Assembly: GCF_018977255.1 (NCBI RefSeq)
Contig: NW_024704743.1
Span: 2,668,001-2,732,000 of the forward strand
Reading direction: 5' to 3'
Origin: Callorhinchus milii
Lineage: Eukaryota
Length of the DNA: 64,000 nucleotides
The notes under the pieces are model-generated. The model did no database searches. It had not been told where the DNA came from and saw only the letters and a list, made by a program, of their open reading frames with translations. A program made the position numbers and the translations under genes. Below are positions 13,078 to 25,261 of the stretch, one piece after another; within the stretch, counting starts at the first letter, position 1; each line of letters begins with the position of its first letter.

Positions 13078-16000
13078 CTGTAAAGATACCATTCACACAC
13101 CCTGGTTACTGTACAATCTCACGCACTCACTCGGGCAGCTGGCAATGTCAGGGGATGGTGAGAGACCGATTCAGCACTTTCACTCGGGCATTAACAAGCT
13201 GCCCACACACACGTTGGTAATCTAGGGTGAAAATTACCCCCACTTTTTATAACAATAATCCTGGCATTTGATACAGCGCCTCATCACGTCTTCGAGACGT
13301 CTCAAATCGCTTCATAGGATTCACTGTAAAGTGAATTGACTGTATATTTTGTGGGCAAAACATGGCAGCGAATTACGCACAGCAGCGTTCCCACAAACAG
13401 TGGTGGGTTGAGTGACTATTTATGGCTGGATCCACTCATTCCTGATAACAGCCATGGCCCTGACGCACTCCCATGTTCCTTCTCCATCAAGACACGTTTG
13501 AAAACACAGCTCATTGATCGTGCTTTGGGTCACCTTCCCTCACCCCACCTCCTCCTCTCCCCTCCCCTTCTCTCCCCTCCTCTCCTCCTCTCCCCTCTAG
13601 CTTCAGGGATCACTGGTAGCAGAAACACATTGGAGGAGTTTGATGCGTTTAGTTTTTGGTTTGAGTTTTTGAACGCATGGCCACTGTTCCTGACTGAGGG
13701 GCAAAGCAAAAAAAACAATTTTGCTCATAACTAAAGGATGTCCCGATCGATTTGAAACCAAGTTTGCTCTCACTGCTCCAGAGCCCTGGGTGACTACAAG
13801 CCACACAGCGTCTGAGCTCTCCAGGCCATGGCTGGCTCCACCAGGGACACGATGAACACTTAACCCAATCGTCGCTGTTTTGTGTCCTGCTCACTGATAA
13901 TTAGCCCGCAAAATGTACAAAAGCACTGAACTTCTGCTTTCTATCCCTAAGTGAAAATTGAAGCATGTCTCACGTCCAGTGGTGCTACAGTGGGTTTAGT
14001 TACAAATTCCTAGCTAAAGCTTTATGCCTTTTAAAGGAAACTACAATAATACATAAGAATGTTAAGACAATAATAATTGAATATTCCTTGCATTTGTTGA
14101 TAACACTTTATCACGTCATCAAAACTTCTCAAAGCATTTCCCAGGATTCATTATAAAGTGTAGTAACTGTGTACTTTGTAGGTGAAAATGGGAGCCAATT
14201 TATGCATTATATAATAATAATTCTTGCATTTGATATAGCGCCTTATCATGTCGTTGAGGCGACTCAGGAGCTTCACAGAACCTACTGTAAAGTGTGTGTC
14301 TTGTGAGCGAGTGCTCCACAAACATCCATGAATGACCATTTATATTTGGGGGAGAAAATCTCTTCTCTATTCGAATTGTGCCACGTGATGTTTAACGTGC
14401 ACTTGAACAGACAAGACGGGACCTCGGGCTTTAACCTCTCGTCTGAAGGAGGGGAAGTAAAGGACATTCTGTGGAGCTCAAAAGACACGGTGAGAGGAGA
14501 TTTTCGAGGTCTGTGATTCTGTGCTTTGATCAGTTGATGAACACTGGATCTTTTCTTGGGCGCTCACAGACTTCTCAGCCCAGACAATGAGAGCTCTGGC
14601 CCCAGAAGCCAAGCTAAATATCTCTCAGAACAAAGTCTTTGGCTGCTTCTCAGTGTGATGGCCTGGGAAAGCCCCAGCTCAGCAGGAGGCTGCGCCCCAC
14701 TCTGCCCTTTGATCTCCCCCTTCAACAGGAGGCGGACTGTCAGGTCAGGGCATTTCACATTAACACGTACTATAGGCAAAGATAGGGGGAGGGGAGGGCG
14801 AGGGAGGGTGGGGGGTGAAGAGTGGGGGCGGGGGAGGAGGGAGGGCTGAAGAGGGGGTGAGGGGAGGCGGAGTAAAGACCATGGGAGAGGGAGGGATGGT
14901 CAGAATGCAGGAACCTCCCTCCCCTGCTACTCAGCAGGTTTCACTTGACTTCCTCCGCATTATACACCAGACTAAACCCCAGGCTTGCAATGCAATCTGA
15001 CATTGTGTTTGGTACAATGGGATTTGAAAGTAAATGGCATTTCTTGTCCAGTCTTCACAGCCAGGACCAGCACCTCCTTCAACTCAGTTTATACCCAAAA
15101 GAGAGAGGCCCATCTTCCTTCTTCCCATTCCTCACAACCCCAAGTTCTCTATAGCAGCCTTCAGGGTCTTGGGAAGCCATATAAATGTACATTTGGTGCT
15201 GTTGTTCCCTGTTGTTCCCTTCCACTCTATCAATACGTTATCAATCAGACATCCAGACAATAATCCCTGGGTTTGATACAGTGGCTACAACATCAAAACA
15301 GGCCTCAAAGATAATTGATCTCAACTGTATTTTGCAGGTGAACATTGCAGCTAATTTGTGCATTGCAATTCCCCGCAGCCATGAACTGAATGACTAATTT
15401 TATCTGCGGGATTGTTGACCAAGAACACAGAGAAAAACCCCTTCTCTTTTCAAATCATCTTATAATAATAATAATAATCCTTGTATTTGATATAGGGTCT
15501 CACCATGTCAAGATGTCACAAAGAGTTTCACAGAATATACTGTCTTAAGTAGTGATTATTTGTAGGAAAACACGGCAGATAATTTGCACACAGTAATGTC
15601 CCACAAACAGTCGTGAAATAAATGAACCCTTTTTTTTAATCTGGGGATTTTTGGCCAGGAAATATGGAACAACTTGCTTCTCTTTAGGAATAGGCTGCGG
15701 GAACTTTAACATCCACCTGAAAAGGCAGACGGGGAGTGAGGTTTAATGTCATCCCCAGAACTGCTGTCGGCATAGACAGGGTCCGTGCGTTTAAATGCCA
15801 CAACTTTCTGACTCTGAGGCAAGGATTCTACCGACTGAGCCAGGAGATAGTGAGAGAGAAAGTCCTGCATGTTTCTGAGGCTGACAAGGTGACAAGGTGC
15901 CTGTAGATGATACAAGCCACGTGACATCCTGCAATCAATGTCAGGCCACTGACTCCCTTAAGCATCTCTCACGTTCCCAGTGCAAACAGGACCTTGTGTT

Positions 16001-16476
16001 ATATCAGGAAGGACCTTTGCTGTTAATTGCTTTCGCACCTCGGTGACAACCCACAAGATGCTTTTCTTTCTCTTTTTTTTGAATGAACGAAGGCCCTCGA
16101 CAGCCTCTGTGTCGAGCGCAAATAAAGGAGAGCGAGAGAAAACGAGAGACAGCAAGAGAGAACGAGAGAGAGTGAGGCCCCATTCACCATCAGGTTATAA
16201 TCTATCTCCAACCCATTCGCAGGCCAACTCTTGAATTGTGAGTGTCTGCGGTCACCCATGGCAACTGAACAACCAGACACTCACTCACACACTCACTCGT
16301 ACACACACACTCACATACACACATTCACTCACACACTCACATTCACACACACACACATACTCACTCACACAGACACACTCACACACACACACACACTCTC
16401 ACACTCACACAGCCTGACACTCACTCACAAACTCACACACACACTCACACGAAAGCTGGAGAAGGTGCGCTCTCAC

Positions 16477-16541
16477 CTTTTGCCATCCTATTCAGCACCA
16501 TGTCAATCAGAACGTAGGTCCCACTGCGTCCAGCTCCATCA
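16477..16541 (-). CDS. PTPRN2: PTPRN2 exon 21 equivalent, 65 bp, phase 2/1
   Basis: Bounded by tgacag| and |gtgaga. Encodes (S)[21 protein letters not shown](G), completing the IA-2-family signature [11 protein letters not shown]. Confidence 0.97.
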
Positions 16542-16816
16542 CTGTCAATAACAAGGGGGGGGTGGGGGGAAACAATAGCTATTAATCCCTTCTTGTTCAG
16601 TGCCCTCCATCACACCCCCGGTTCTCTCTCTCGCTCTCTCTCTCGTTCTCTCTCTTGCTCTCTTTCTCCTTTATTGCACTTGTTGAGCAGCCGTCACTGG
16701 CTTCTCAAGCTCCTGCGGAGGTGACCCCGGCCCCCAATGGCACTGTGCAGACAGGAGTCACGTATTGTTCCTCATGTAGGGTAGGTCTGCCTTGTTTCTC
16801 TTCACCTCCCTTCCTG

Positions 16817-17272
16817 CACACACACACTCACACGTACTCACACACACACATACACACTCACACTTGCACACTCACTCACACACTCCCATAAGCACGCACT
16901 CACACACACACACACAATCACCCGCGCACACTCCCTCACACACTCACATGCACACACTCACATCACACATACACACATATATGCACACACACTCCCTCAC
17001 ACACTCACATCACACATACACACATATATGCGCACACACATATATGCGCGCACACTCACTCACACACTCCCTCACATGTACATAAACACACACTCACACA
17101 CACACCGCATACACACACTCACATCGCACATACACACATATGCTTACACATATACGTTCACACACACTGCACACACACACAGATACACATACAAATGCAT
17201 ACACTCACACACATGCACACATTCATTCACAAACAAACACACACTCACACAAATATCGCACACGCACACACG
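16817..17272. repeat. Compound (CA)n microsatellite filling much of the GC-AG intron
   Basis: Directly visible. A similar tract lies at 16275-16450. Confidence 0.95.
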
Positions 17273-17315
17273 CGCTTTTACAAAATGAAACACAGCCCCA
17301 CAGAGCTGGACTTGC

Positions 17316-17369
17316 CTGCAGTGGACAATTATAGGACAGGAGCGGCCCCTGTAGCACTTGTTTACTTTT
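17316..17369 (-). CDS. PTPRN2: PTPRN2 exon 20 equivalent, 54 bp, phase 2/2, with GC donor
   Basis: Bounded by tttcag| and AG|gcaagt. Encodes KVNKCYRGRSCPIIVHC(S). The GC donor is needed to join the next exon in frame. Confidence 0.93.
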
Positions 17370-17990
17370 CTGAAACAGAAAGAGAAAGACTTGACGGCTT
17401 TACACACCGGGTTTAACTCCCTGCCTGTGAGAGTCACCCAAAATCCACAGTGTTAGCTCGAGACAGCGGAACAACACAAGCCTCTGAGCATCTCTGTGTC
17501 GCGTTCTTGTAGATTTCTTTGTGTCCGTTTGTATAATAATAATAAGGAGGAGCCTTGCGTTTGATGCACCGCCTCACAGGATTGTACCCTGTTAGTGTAG
17601 TGACTGTGTATCTCTAAGTGAATACGTAACTACAGATATGTGTGGATATAAACACGTGCAGCAGCATTTGTTTGGTTCTCGCCCTGGCAAAGTCATGGGG
17701 AAAATAGCAATTAGTGATACAAACCAGCCTCCGGCTCAGAGGGGGAGGGGATATCGAGGGGGTTGGGGGGGTGGGGAGAAGTGGGGGAGGAGTGTGGGAA
17801 GGGGCAAGGGAGTCGGGGAGGAAGCAAGTGGGGGGAAAAGGGAAAGGGGTTGAGTGGTGGGGAAGGGGAAGGAGTAGTGGAGGAGAGGAGGAAGGAGTGG
17901 GGTAGGGGGTAGGGGGAAAAAAATCATGCAAACTGTTAGCAAGCAAAGGTGGTAAGAGACCTTTTCCACACTGTCTGTCCCTGCTGCAGA

Positions 17991-18077
17991 CACAGTTTCC
18001 AATAATCACTTTTGTGACTATGCAACTGAGATCATATTACTAGCTGCAACATCACAAAAATGACACTGGCAACTGTT
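17991..18077 (-). ncRNA. MIR153: miR-153 precursor hairpin (miR-153-2 orthologue)
   Basis: Minus strand reads ...gccagtgTCATTTTTGTGATGTTGCAGCTagtaatatgatctcagTTGCATAGTCACAAAAGTGATTattggaaactgtg. The 5p arm is at 18042-18063 and the 3p arm at 18004-18025, and the arms are complementary. Sits between the exon 19 and exon 20 equivalents. Confidence 0.97.
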
Positions 18078-18289
18078 AGTTTAGCTGGCAACATAGCAAG
18101 AGTTTGTTCATTTAAAAAGCGGTTAGTCAGTAAGTTCCGTGGCACACAGTAAGAAGGAACGTCAAGCTCAGGTGTAAGGTTTTAGCACAAATGTTCAAAT
18201 TTAAGAGGACTCGACACAACAATAGTATTGTTTTTGCTCACAAACTCCTTTTAAAGTGTAAATTTTGCTTCCTACAGGACTCAACATTA

Positions 18290-19058
18290 ATGAGTGACTG
18301 AGTGAGTTAATGAATGAATGAGTGAGTGATTGAGTGAGTGAGTGAGTTAGTCAGTGACTGAGTCAGTGACTGAATGAGTGAGTCAGTGAGTGACTGAGTT
18401 AGTGACTGAGTGAGTGACAGTGAGTGTGTGAGTGACTGAGTCAGTGACTGAGTGAGTGGGTGAGCAAGTGAATCAGTGACTGAGTGAGTTAATGAATGAA
18501 TGAATGAACGAGTGACTGAGTGTGTGACTTGACTGAGCGAGTGAGTGAGTAAGTGAGTCAGTTAGTCAGTGACTGAGTCAGTGACTGAATGAGTGAGTCA
18601 GTGAGTGACTGAGTTAGTGACTGAGTGAGTGACAGTGAGTGTGTGAGTGACTGAGTGAGTGAGTCAGTGACGGAGTGAGTGAGTCAGTGACTGAGTCAGT
18701 GACTGAGTGAGTGGGTGAGCAAGTGAATCAGTGACTGAGTGAGTCAGCGAGCGAGTGAGCGAGTGAGTGAGCGAGTGAGCGAGTCAGCGAGCGAGTGAGT
18801 GTGTAAGCCAGTGAGTGAGTGAGTCAGTGAGTGAGTGAGCGAGTGAGAGAGTCAGTGACTGAGTGAGTGAGCGAGTGAGTCAGTGACTGAGTGAGTGAGT
18901 GAGCGAGCGAATCAGTGAATGAGTGAGCGAGTGAGTGAGTGACTGAGTGAGCGAGTGAGCGAGTGAGCGAGTGAGTCAGTGACTGAGTGAGTCAGTGAGC
19001 GAGTGAGTCAGTGAGTGAGTGAACGAGTGAGCGAGTGACTGAGTGAGTGAGTGAGTGA
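18290..19058. repeat. (TGAG)n/(TGAC,TCAG) compound tetranucleotide repeat
   Basis: Directly visible, with many TGAGTCA heptamers. Confidence 0.95.
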
Positions 19059-19730
19059 ATAAAGATATCTAGCTCACTGCACGTTGCCAAGTTTCTGCAG
19101 CTATAAGGAAATTCAGCTCCGTTCTTGCTGTCCATCAATTTCCTTCAACCCCCACCCCCTCATTCCCCTCCCCACCCACGTGCCCCCTCTCCCCACCGAC
19201 AGCTTATATTCCCTCGCACCGTCGCAGACACACTGCTCAGTCAGGCCAGTGATGTTGCGTTCAGTGCTGAGCTCTGGGGATCACAGGAGGGACGTGTCTG
19301 TGGGTCGAGTCTCACGGTGTTACTGGGGCCCAGGTCACCCTCTAATTAGCTGAGAGCAACACGGATACACCAGAGAAACCAGGGCGTGAAGGTGGGAATG
19401 TCCCCATCCTCACGCTCCCCCCTCATCCCCACCCCAACCCCACCCCTGGTCTCCATTCCCGTCTCCCCTCAAATCAACAACAATTTTTCTCTTAAATCCA
19501 TTCAAGCTTTTTGTTTCAACCAATCTGTCCTCCTCACTAAACAACTCCCCCAACGCACCCCCTCACCCCCCCCGCCCCATCCCCCCAACACGTCCCATCC
19601 CTCGGCCCCATTCCCCCATCCGATCGCCCCAGCCCATAAGCCCCGCCCCATCCCCCCGCAAGAAATACACAGCACAGAGTAACAACAACAATAAAATTAC
19701 ATTTGTATAGCGCCTTTCACATCAGGAGGA

Positions 19731-19926
19731 TGGGGTGGAGGGAGGGTGTGGGTGGGGAGGGGGAGGGCGGGTGTGGTGGGAAGGGGGAGGCCGGGGGTGG
19801 TGGGGATGGGGAGGCCGGGGGTGGTGGGGAGGGGGAGGCCGGGGGTGGTGGGGAGGGTGTGGTGGGGGAGGGCGGGTGTGGTGGGGGAGGGGGAGGGAGG
19901 GTGTGGTGGGGAGGGGGAGGGAGGGT
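19731..19926. repeat. G-rich tandem repeat, unit about 21 bp
   Basis: ggggagggggaggccgggggtggt-type units adjacent to the exon 19 donor. Confidence 0.9.
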
Positions 19927-19951
19927 AGTGCCCACTGAGCAGCTGCTGTAC

Positions 19952-20118
19952 CTGCGGAAATCCAACAAGGATCTGGTGGACGCCGGGACCTTCTGGTTCA
20001 GCCAACTGAGGAAGTGGAACTGTGTCACCGTGCGAGTCTCATTGGTCTGAAGGTTTTTAAGATAGAAACTCCGCACCAGGAAATCTTCACACCAGATGTG
20101 CTCGGAGACTAAATTCAC
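19952..20118 (-). CDS. PTPRN2: PTPRN2 exon 19 equivalent, 167 bp, phase 0/2
   Basis: Bounded by ctcaag| and |gtacag. Encodes [55 protein letters not shown](R). Confidence 0.97.
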
Positions 20119-20399
20119 CTTGAGGGAGGGAGGGTGGGAGGGGAGAGACAGAACAAAACAACATTAAAAAAGGCAAGTTCAGTGACTATAAGCACGAGCA
20201 GTGTAACAGGGTATTAGCGTGTGACAAAGTATTAGGGTGTATTAGGGTATAACAGGGTTAGGGTGTATTAGGGTGTAACAAGCTATTAGGGTGTAACACG
20301 GTATTAGGGTGTAACAGGGTGTTACGCTTGAAAACACACAAGATCAAAGATTGGTTTGGATAAAGAATCTGATCCCATCTGATCTCATCTTCCAAACTA

Positions 20400-21381
20400 G
20401 TGTAGAGAGTGATCTGTAGCCAGTGATCTGTAGCCAGTGATTTGTAGAGAGTGATCTGTAGAGAATGATCTGTAGAGAGTGATCTGTATCCAGTGATCTG
20501 TAGCCAGTGATTTGTAGAGAGTGATCTGTAGAGAATGATCTGTACAGAGTGATCTGTAGAGAGTGATCTGTAGACAGGGATCTGTAGAGAATGATCTGTA
20601 TCCAGTGATCTGTAGAGAATGATCTGTAGAGAGTGATCTGTAGAGAATGATCTGTAGAGAGTAATCTTTACAGAATGATCTGTAGAGAATGATCTGTAGA
20701 GTGTGATCTGTAGAGAATGATCTGTAGAGAGTGATCTGTAGTCAGTGATCTGAAGAGAGTGATCTGTAGCCAATGATCTGTAGAGAGTGATCTGTAGAGA
20801 GTGATCTGTAGCCAGTGATCTGTAGAGAGTGATCTGTAGAGAGTGATCTGTAGAGAATGATCTGTAGCCAGTGATCTGCAGAGAATAATCTGTAGCCAGT
20901 GATCTGTAGAGAGCGATCTGTAGAGTGATCTGTTGAGGATGATCTGTAGCCAGTAATCTGTAGAGTGATCTGTAGAGGATGATCTGTAGCCAGTGATCTG
21001 TAGAGAGTGATCTGTAGAGAGTGATCTGTAGAGAGTGATCTGTAGAGAGTGATCTGTAGAGGATGATCTGTAGAGAATGATCTGTAGAGGATGATCTGTA
21101 GAGGATGATCTGTAGAGGATGATCTGTAGCTAGTGATCTGGAGAGAATGATCGGTAGTCAGTGATCTGTGAGAATGATCTTTGGCAAATGATCTGCAGCC
21201 AATGATCTGTAGAGAGTGATCTGTAGAGAGTGATCTGTAGAGAGTGATCTGTAGAGAGTGATCTGTAGCCAACAATCTGTAGAGAATGACCTGTAAAGAG
21301 TGATCTGTAGAGAATGTTCTGTAGAGAGTGATCCATAGCCAGTGGTCTGTAGAGAGTGATCTGTAGAGAGTGATCTGTAGA
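20400..21381. repeat. 14-bp minisatellite (GTGATCTGTAGAGA)n, about 70 units
   Basis: Directly visible, with variant units (gcca, gaat, ggat). Confidence 0.97.
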
Positions 21382-21792
21382 CAATGCTGACCCAGAGCCA
21401 CAGGTAATCAGATTTTTTTAAAGAGGGTTTTAAACACTATTGGAGCTGTAGTGATTGAGGAAGAAGGTCCCAAAGATCTGGGGAGGAGCAGGTGGCTGAA
21501 GGTGTTCACTGTCGAGCTGATCAATAATTATCCAATGGTTTGAGCACAATTATGTCCTAATTTCACTGCTTGTGTCTATCACATCTCATTTCTTCCCCCC
21601 CGGAAAAAAAGGCAAGAACAATAACTTGCATTTACACGGTGCCCTCATGCAGGATAGCGCTTCACAGAGATTCACTGTAAAGTGTAGTGGTGGTGGTTTG
21701 GGGAAGGGGTGGTGGGGGGAGGTGTGAGAGGAAAAATGTACCATTGCCTCCCCCCAAAATATCGTTCAGCAAACAAGCCGCTATGACAGTAC

Positions 21793-21912
21793 CTCGTAGA
21801 TGTGATAGAGCTGAGAACCCTCATCCGGCCAGTAGTGATGACACTGTTGGTCTCCGTTCTCCATCAGGGGTGTGAGCATCACAATAACAACACAGCCGTT
21901 CTCCCAAACCAT
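21793..21912 (-). CDS. PTPRN2: PTPRN2 exon 18 equivalent, 120 bp, phase 0/0
   Basis: Bounded by ccgcag| and |gtactg. Encodes [40 protein letters not shown]. Confidence 0.97.
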
Positions 21913-22274
21913 CTGCGGGGAGAGGTGGAGGGGTTGGGGGAGGGGGGCGGAGATGGGGGAGAGAGGGGGAGTGGACAGAGAGGGGGAGCAGAGCAGAACT
22001 CAGTCACAACCTCACAGTAACATTCACCACGCAAAATACTCTCACCTCAGCTCATCTCGTCTCAACTCACCAAACTCGCACTTTGATGTATTTAGGACAA
22101 CAAAATACTTTTTGGGGGGGGTCGGCCGGGTGTCTGACACACGTGGAAAACCATCACTGTTGCTTAAGAGTCTCCAAACCCAAGCTGAAAATTCCAGACC
22201 TCCCACCTACACATGGAAATCCCAGAGATAGATTGTTGGGATAGAATGGTCTCTCTCTCTCTCTCTCTCCCTCC

Positions 22275-22620
22275 GTTAACTCTGGAACCTTCTGCAACCT
22301 TATTCCCCCTCGACTGCTTCCTCCGATCGGCAAACGCTGCCCACCCCCCCCCCTCCGACCCCCGTCCCCAATTGATGGGCGAGCTTACAGCCACTGTACG
22401 CCTTGCTCTCTGCCACTCCCTCCTGGGGTCACTCCCCCTCACCCACTCCCTCCACATTTTCAACATCCTTTCTCTCCAAACATGCTTTTCGTCTCCTATT
22501 TCCCTTCACTCCCTCCCCCCCCCACCCACCCAGTTGCCCAACTCCCCAGCTCGGAGTCCCGGACGGTTTTATGTAGCGTTTTGAAACACCGGCGTAAATG
22601 TAAGATTGTTGTTTTTGTTG
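22275..22620 (+). mobile_element. L2-like LINE 3' fragment
   Basis: C-rich L2 3' segment ending tagcgttttgaaacac...aaatgtaagattgttgtt. Confidence 0.5.
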
Positions 22621-22796
22621 AGTCAGAAGGTGGTGGGTTGGAGCCTCACATCAGGACTTTAATCCGCTCCATGCTCTATGGCGGTGCTGGGGTGGGTCTC
22701 GCTGTCGGAGGTGCCGGGCTTTTGTTGGTAAAATAAATTGGTTTTCCTGCTTAAATAAAACAAAAAAAACATGTTTGGTCAGATTGGATCTCTCAC

Positions 22797-22874
22797 CTGC
22801 CAGAAATCTGCCACGGTGGCAGGAAGGGGACCTTGGGTTGCGATGTAAGCTGGGTTCCTGGGGTCGTGGTCCAT
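22797..22874 (-). CDS. PTPRN2: PTPRN2 exon 17 equivalent, 78 bp, phase 0/0
   Basis: Bounded by ctacag| and |gtgaga. Encodes [26 protein letters not shown] (YIATQGP and DFW motifs). Not in the supplied ORF track in this frame. Confidence 0.97.
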
Positions 22875-23857
22875 CTGTAGACACAGAAACAAGAAACATG
22901 GAGTTATCATCAGGGTCTGGATTGGGAACCCAAACATTCATCTCTTTATGTCAGCCTGATTCAGTTGGTAGTACTCTCTCTTCTGAGTCAGAATACACAG
23001 TCACTCCACTTTACAGTGTATCCTGTGACGTGCTTTGAGACGGTCTCGAAGACGTGATGAGGCACTGGATCAGATGCAAGGATTATTATTAATTATTGTT
23101 ATTATTATTATTATTATGTGACTACTAGGAAGGTAGAAGGAGAACAAGATGGACCTTGGTCTTTTTTCACTCTAGCAATTCCTATGTTTCTACATTGTGG
23201 GTTCGACATCAGGAGCATGAACTCACATGGTCTCGGCTGACACCTCAGTGCTCTGCTGGGTTGCACTGCATTGTTGGAGGTGCCGTCATTCTGATGAGAC
23301 ATTAAACTGAGCTCCCACCCGTTCAGGTAGACATTAAACATCCTGTGGGAGGCAATGCTATGTGCAAATTGCATTCGCTTACAAATACAGCTACTGTAAG
23401 CTTTGTGAAGCTCGTTGAGACATTTTGACCACCTTCTAAGGCGCTATGTAAAATACAAGGATTATTATTTAACAGCCTGGCAACTCTCCCTCTGATACAA
23501 TACGTTTCCTGTAAGGCACGGAGACCAGAACTGCAATTTACATCTCTGCAATTTGCAGATAGCAATAAAAGGCTCCTCACGCAACCCCTTTCCCTTTTGA
23601 ATGCCACGTAGCTAGCAATTAGGATGTTTTCAAGGAAGGGAAGAGTACAAAAGGGGGAAGTGCACATTCTCACAGAACGTTTGTGAATAAGCTCATTGTC
23701 CAAACCTATAATTTCTTGCTGCGTAATTAAAGTGAGTCTTTTTATACATTTTTCCATTCTTGCTGTTCCACACATTGAAAGGATTGATTGAAAGGATAAT
23801 AATTCTTACAATAATAATAATAATCCTCACATTTAATTTAACACCTTTCACGTTGGG

Positions 23858-24095
23858 ATAATAATAATCCTTGCATTTGATATAGTGCTTTTCACGTCTT
23901 CTAGACGTCCCAAAGCGCTTCACAGAATATACTGTAAAGTGAATTGACTGTATATTTGTGGGCGAACACGACAGCCAATTGCACACAGCAATGTCCCACA
24001 AACAGTCGTGGATTGAAAATGACCAATTTATTATTTTATTTTTTTGAGGGATTATTATTAGGCGTGTGGAGTAAGGAAACTTGCCCAGATCTTGT
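23858..24095 (-). mobile_element. tRNA-derived SINE, headless copy of the same subfamily
   Basis: Shares gattgaaaatgaccaatttatt and the core and tail with 139-492. Confidence 0.85.
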
Positions 24096-24284
24096 TTCAA
24101 AGCGCTACACAGAATATACTCTAAAGTGTAGTGACTGTACTTTTCGAGGTGACGTAGCAGTTAATGTACGCACAGCAATGTCCCACAAACAGCCACAAAG
24201 TGATTAACCAAATTAATCTGGAGGATTGTCAGCCAAGACACTGGGAGAGAGAGAGAAAAACTCCCTTCTCTTTTCAAATAGTAC

Positions 24285-24860
24285 TTGGAGGTAGAGGAGA
24301 GGATGGGGGAAGCATGGAGAGCTGGGAGTAGGAGCTGGTGTGGGCTGAGGTGCGGGCGGAGTGGTAGGTTTTGATGTGGTCCAAGCAGATCTGACGGTGA
24401 GCCATTAGGTTGGATTTGTGCCAGGTGTGTCCAGCTGTGACTTGAGGGAGCAGAGGTGGCTGGTGTACTCGGGGGAGCTGTGGCAGGAGACAGTGCGGGA
24501 GGTGACGGGTATCGACGGTGGCGGGGAGGGAGTTGTGGGGGAGAATGAGCAAGGAGGTAAGGTCATTACAGGAAGAAGCCCAGATGGTCAGGAGTTCAGA
24601 TGACTCTAATGCGAGGGAGAGGGAGTGGGGGCAAAGTTATTCCAGGGGTGGTAAGAGATAGATAGTGGGTTGGGAGTCAGGGAGTGGGATGGAGGAGTTA
24701 AGGGAGATGAAATAACGGTGCATGATGGATTTATCAGTGATGGTGAGGCCCCAAGTGATCAGCAGGTCAAGGGGGTGAGTGTCGGAGTTAATGTGGAGGG
24801 AGCGATTATGAGAGGAGAGAAGGGAGAAGTCAACAGAGGTGAAGCAAGAATAAACATGAA
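24285..24860 (-). mobile_element. Degenerate L2-like LINE ORF2 fragment (endonuclease-proximal region)
   Basis: Translation includes HPLDLLITWGL, resembling the apurinic-endonuclease-domain H-T-L-D-L motif. C/T-rich minus strand typical of L2. Confidence 0.55.
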
Positions 24861-24872
24861 TAAATGCAATAC

Positions 24873-25261
24873 ATAATAATAATATTCCTTGCATTTGATA
24901 CAGTGCCCTATCACATCTTCTAGACGTCTCAAAGCGCTTCAGAGAATACACTGTAAAGTGAATTGACTGTGTATTTTGTGGGTGAAACGCGGCAGCCAAT
25001 TGCGCACAGCAGCGTCCCCACAAACAGCCGTGGATTAAGTGACCAATTTTTTTTAAATAAATTATTACCCCCGGAAAAGAGATCCACCGATCGACTAACA
25101 ACTGGGTTCCTACTGACTGCTGGTAAACAGAGGCGTGTGTGTGTGTGTGTGTGGAGTGAGGAAACTGGCCCAATGTTTCGCCCTGACCTGCCCGGGAATC
25201 GAACCCCGGTCCTCTCGCTTGCGAGGTGAGAGCTCTGACCACTGAGCTACAGGGACTCCAC
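24873..25261 (-). mobile_element. tRNA-derived SINE, full length
   Basis: Head gtggagtccctgtagctcagtgg...ggttcgattccc, plus core and (TTA) tail. Confidence 0.88.

Noticed and set aside
20200..20325. Interstitial telomeric repeat
   Set aside because: TTAGGG occurs only inside a roughly 18-bp unit (gtattagggtgtaacagg), not in tandem.
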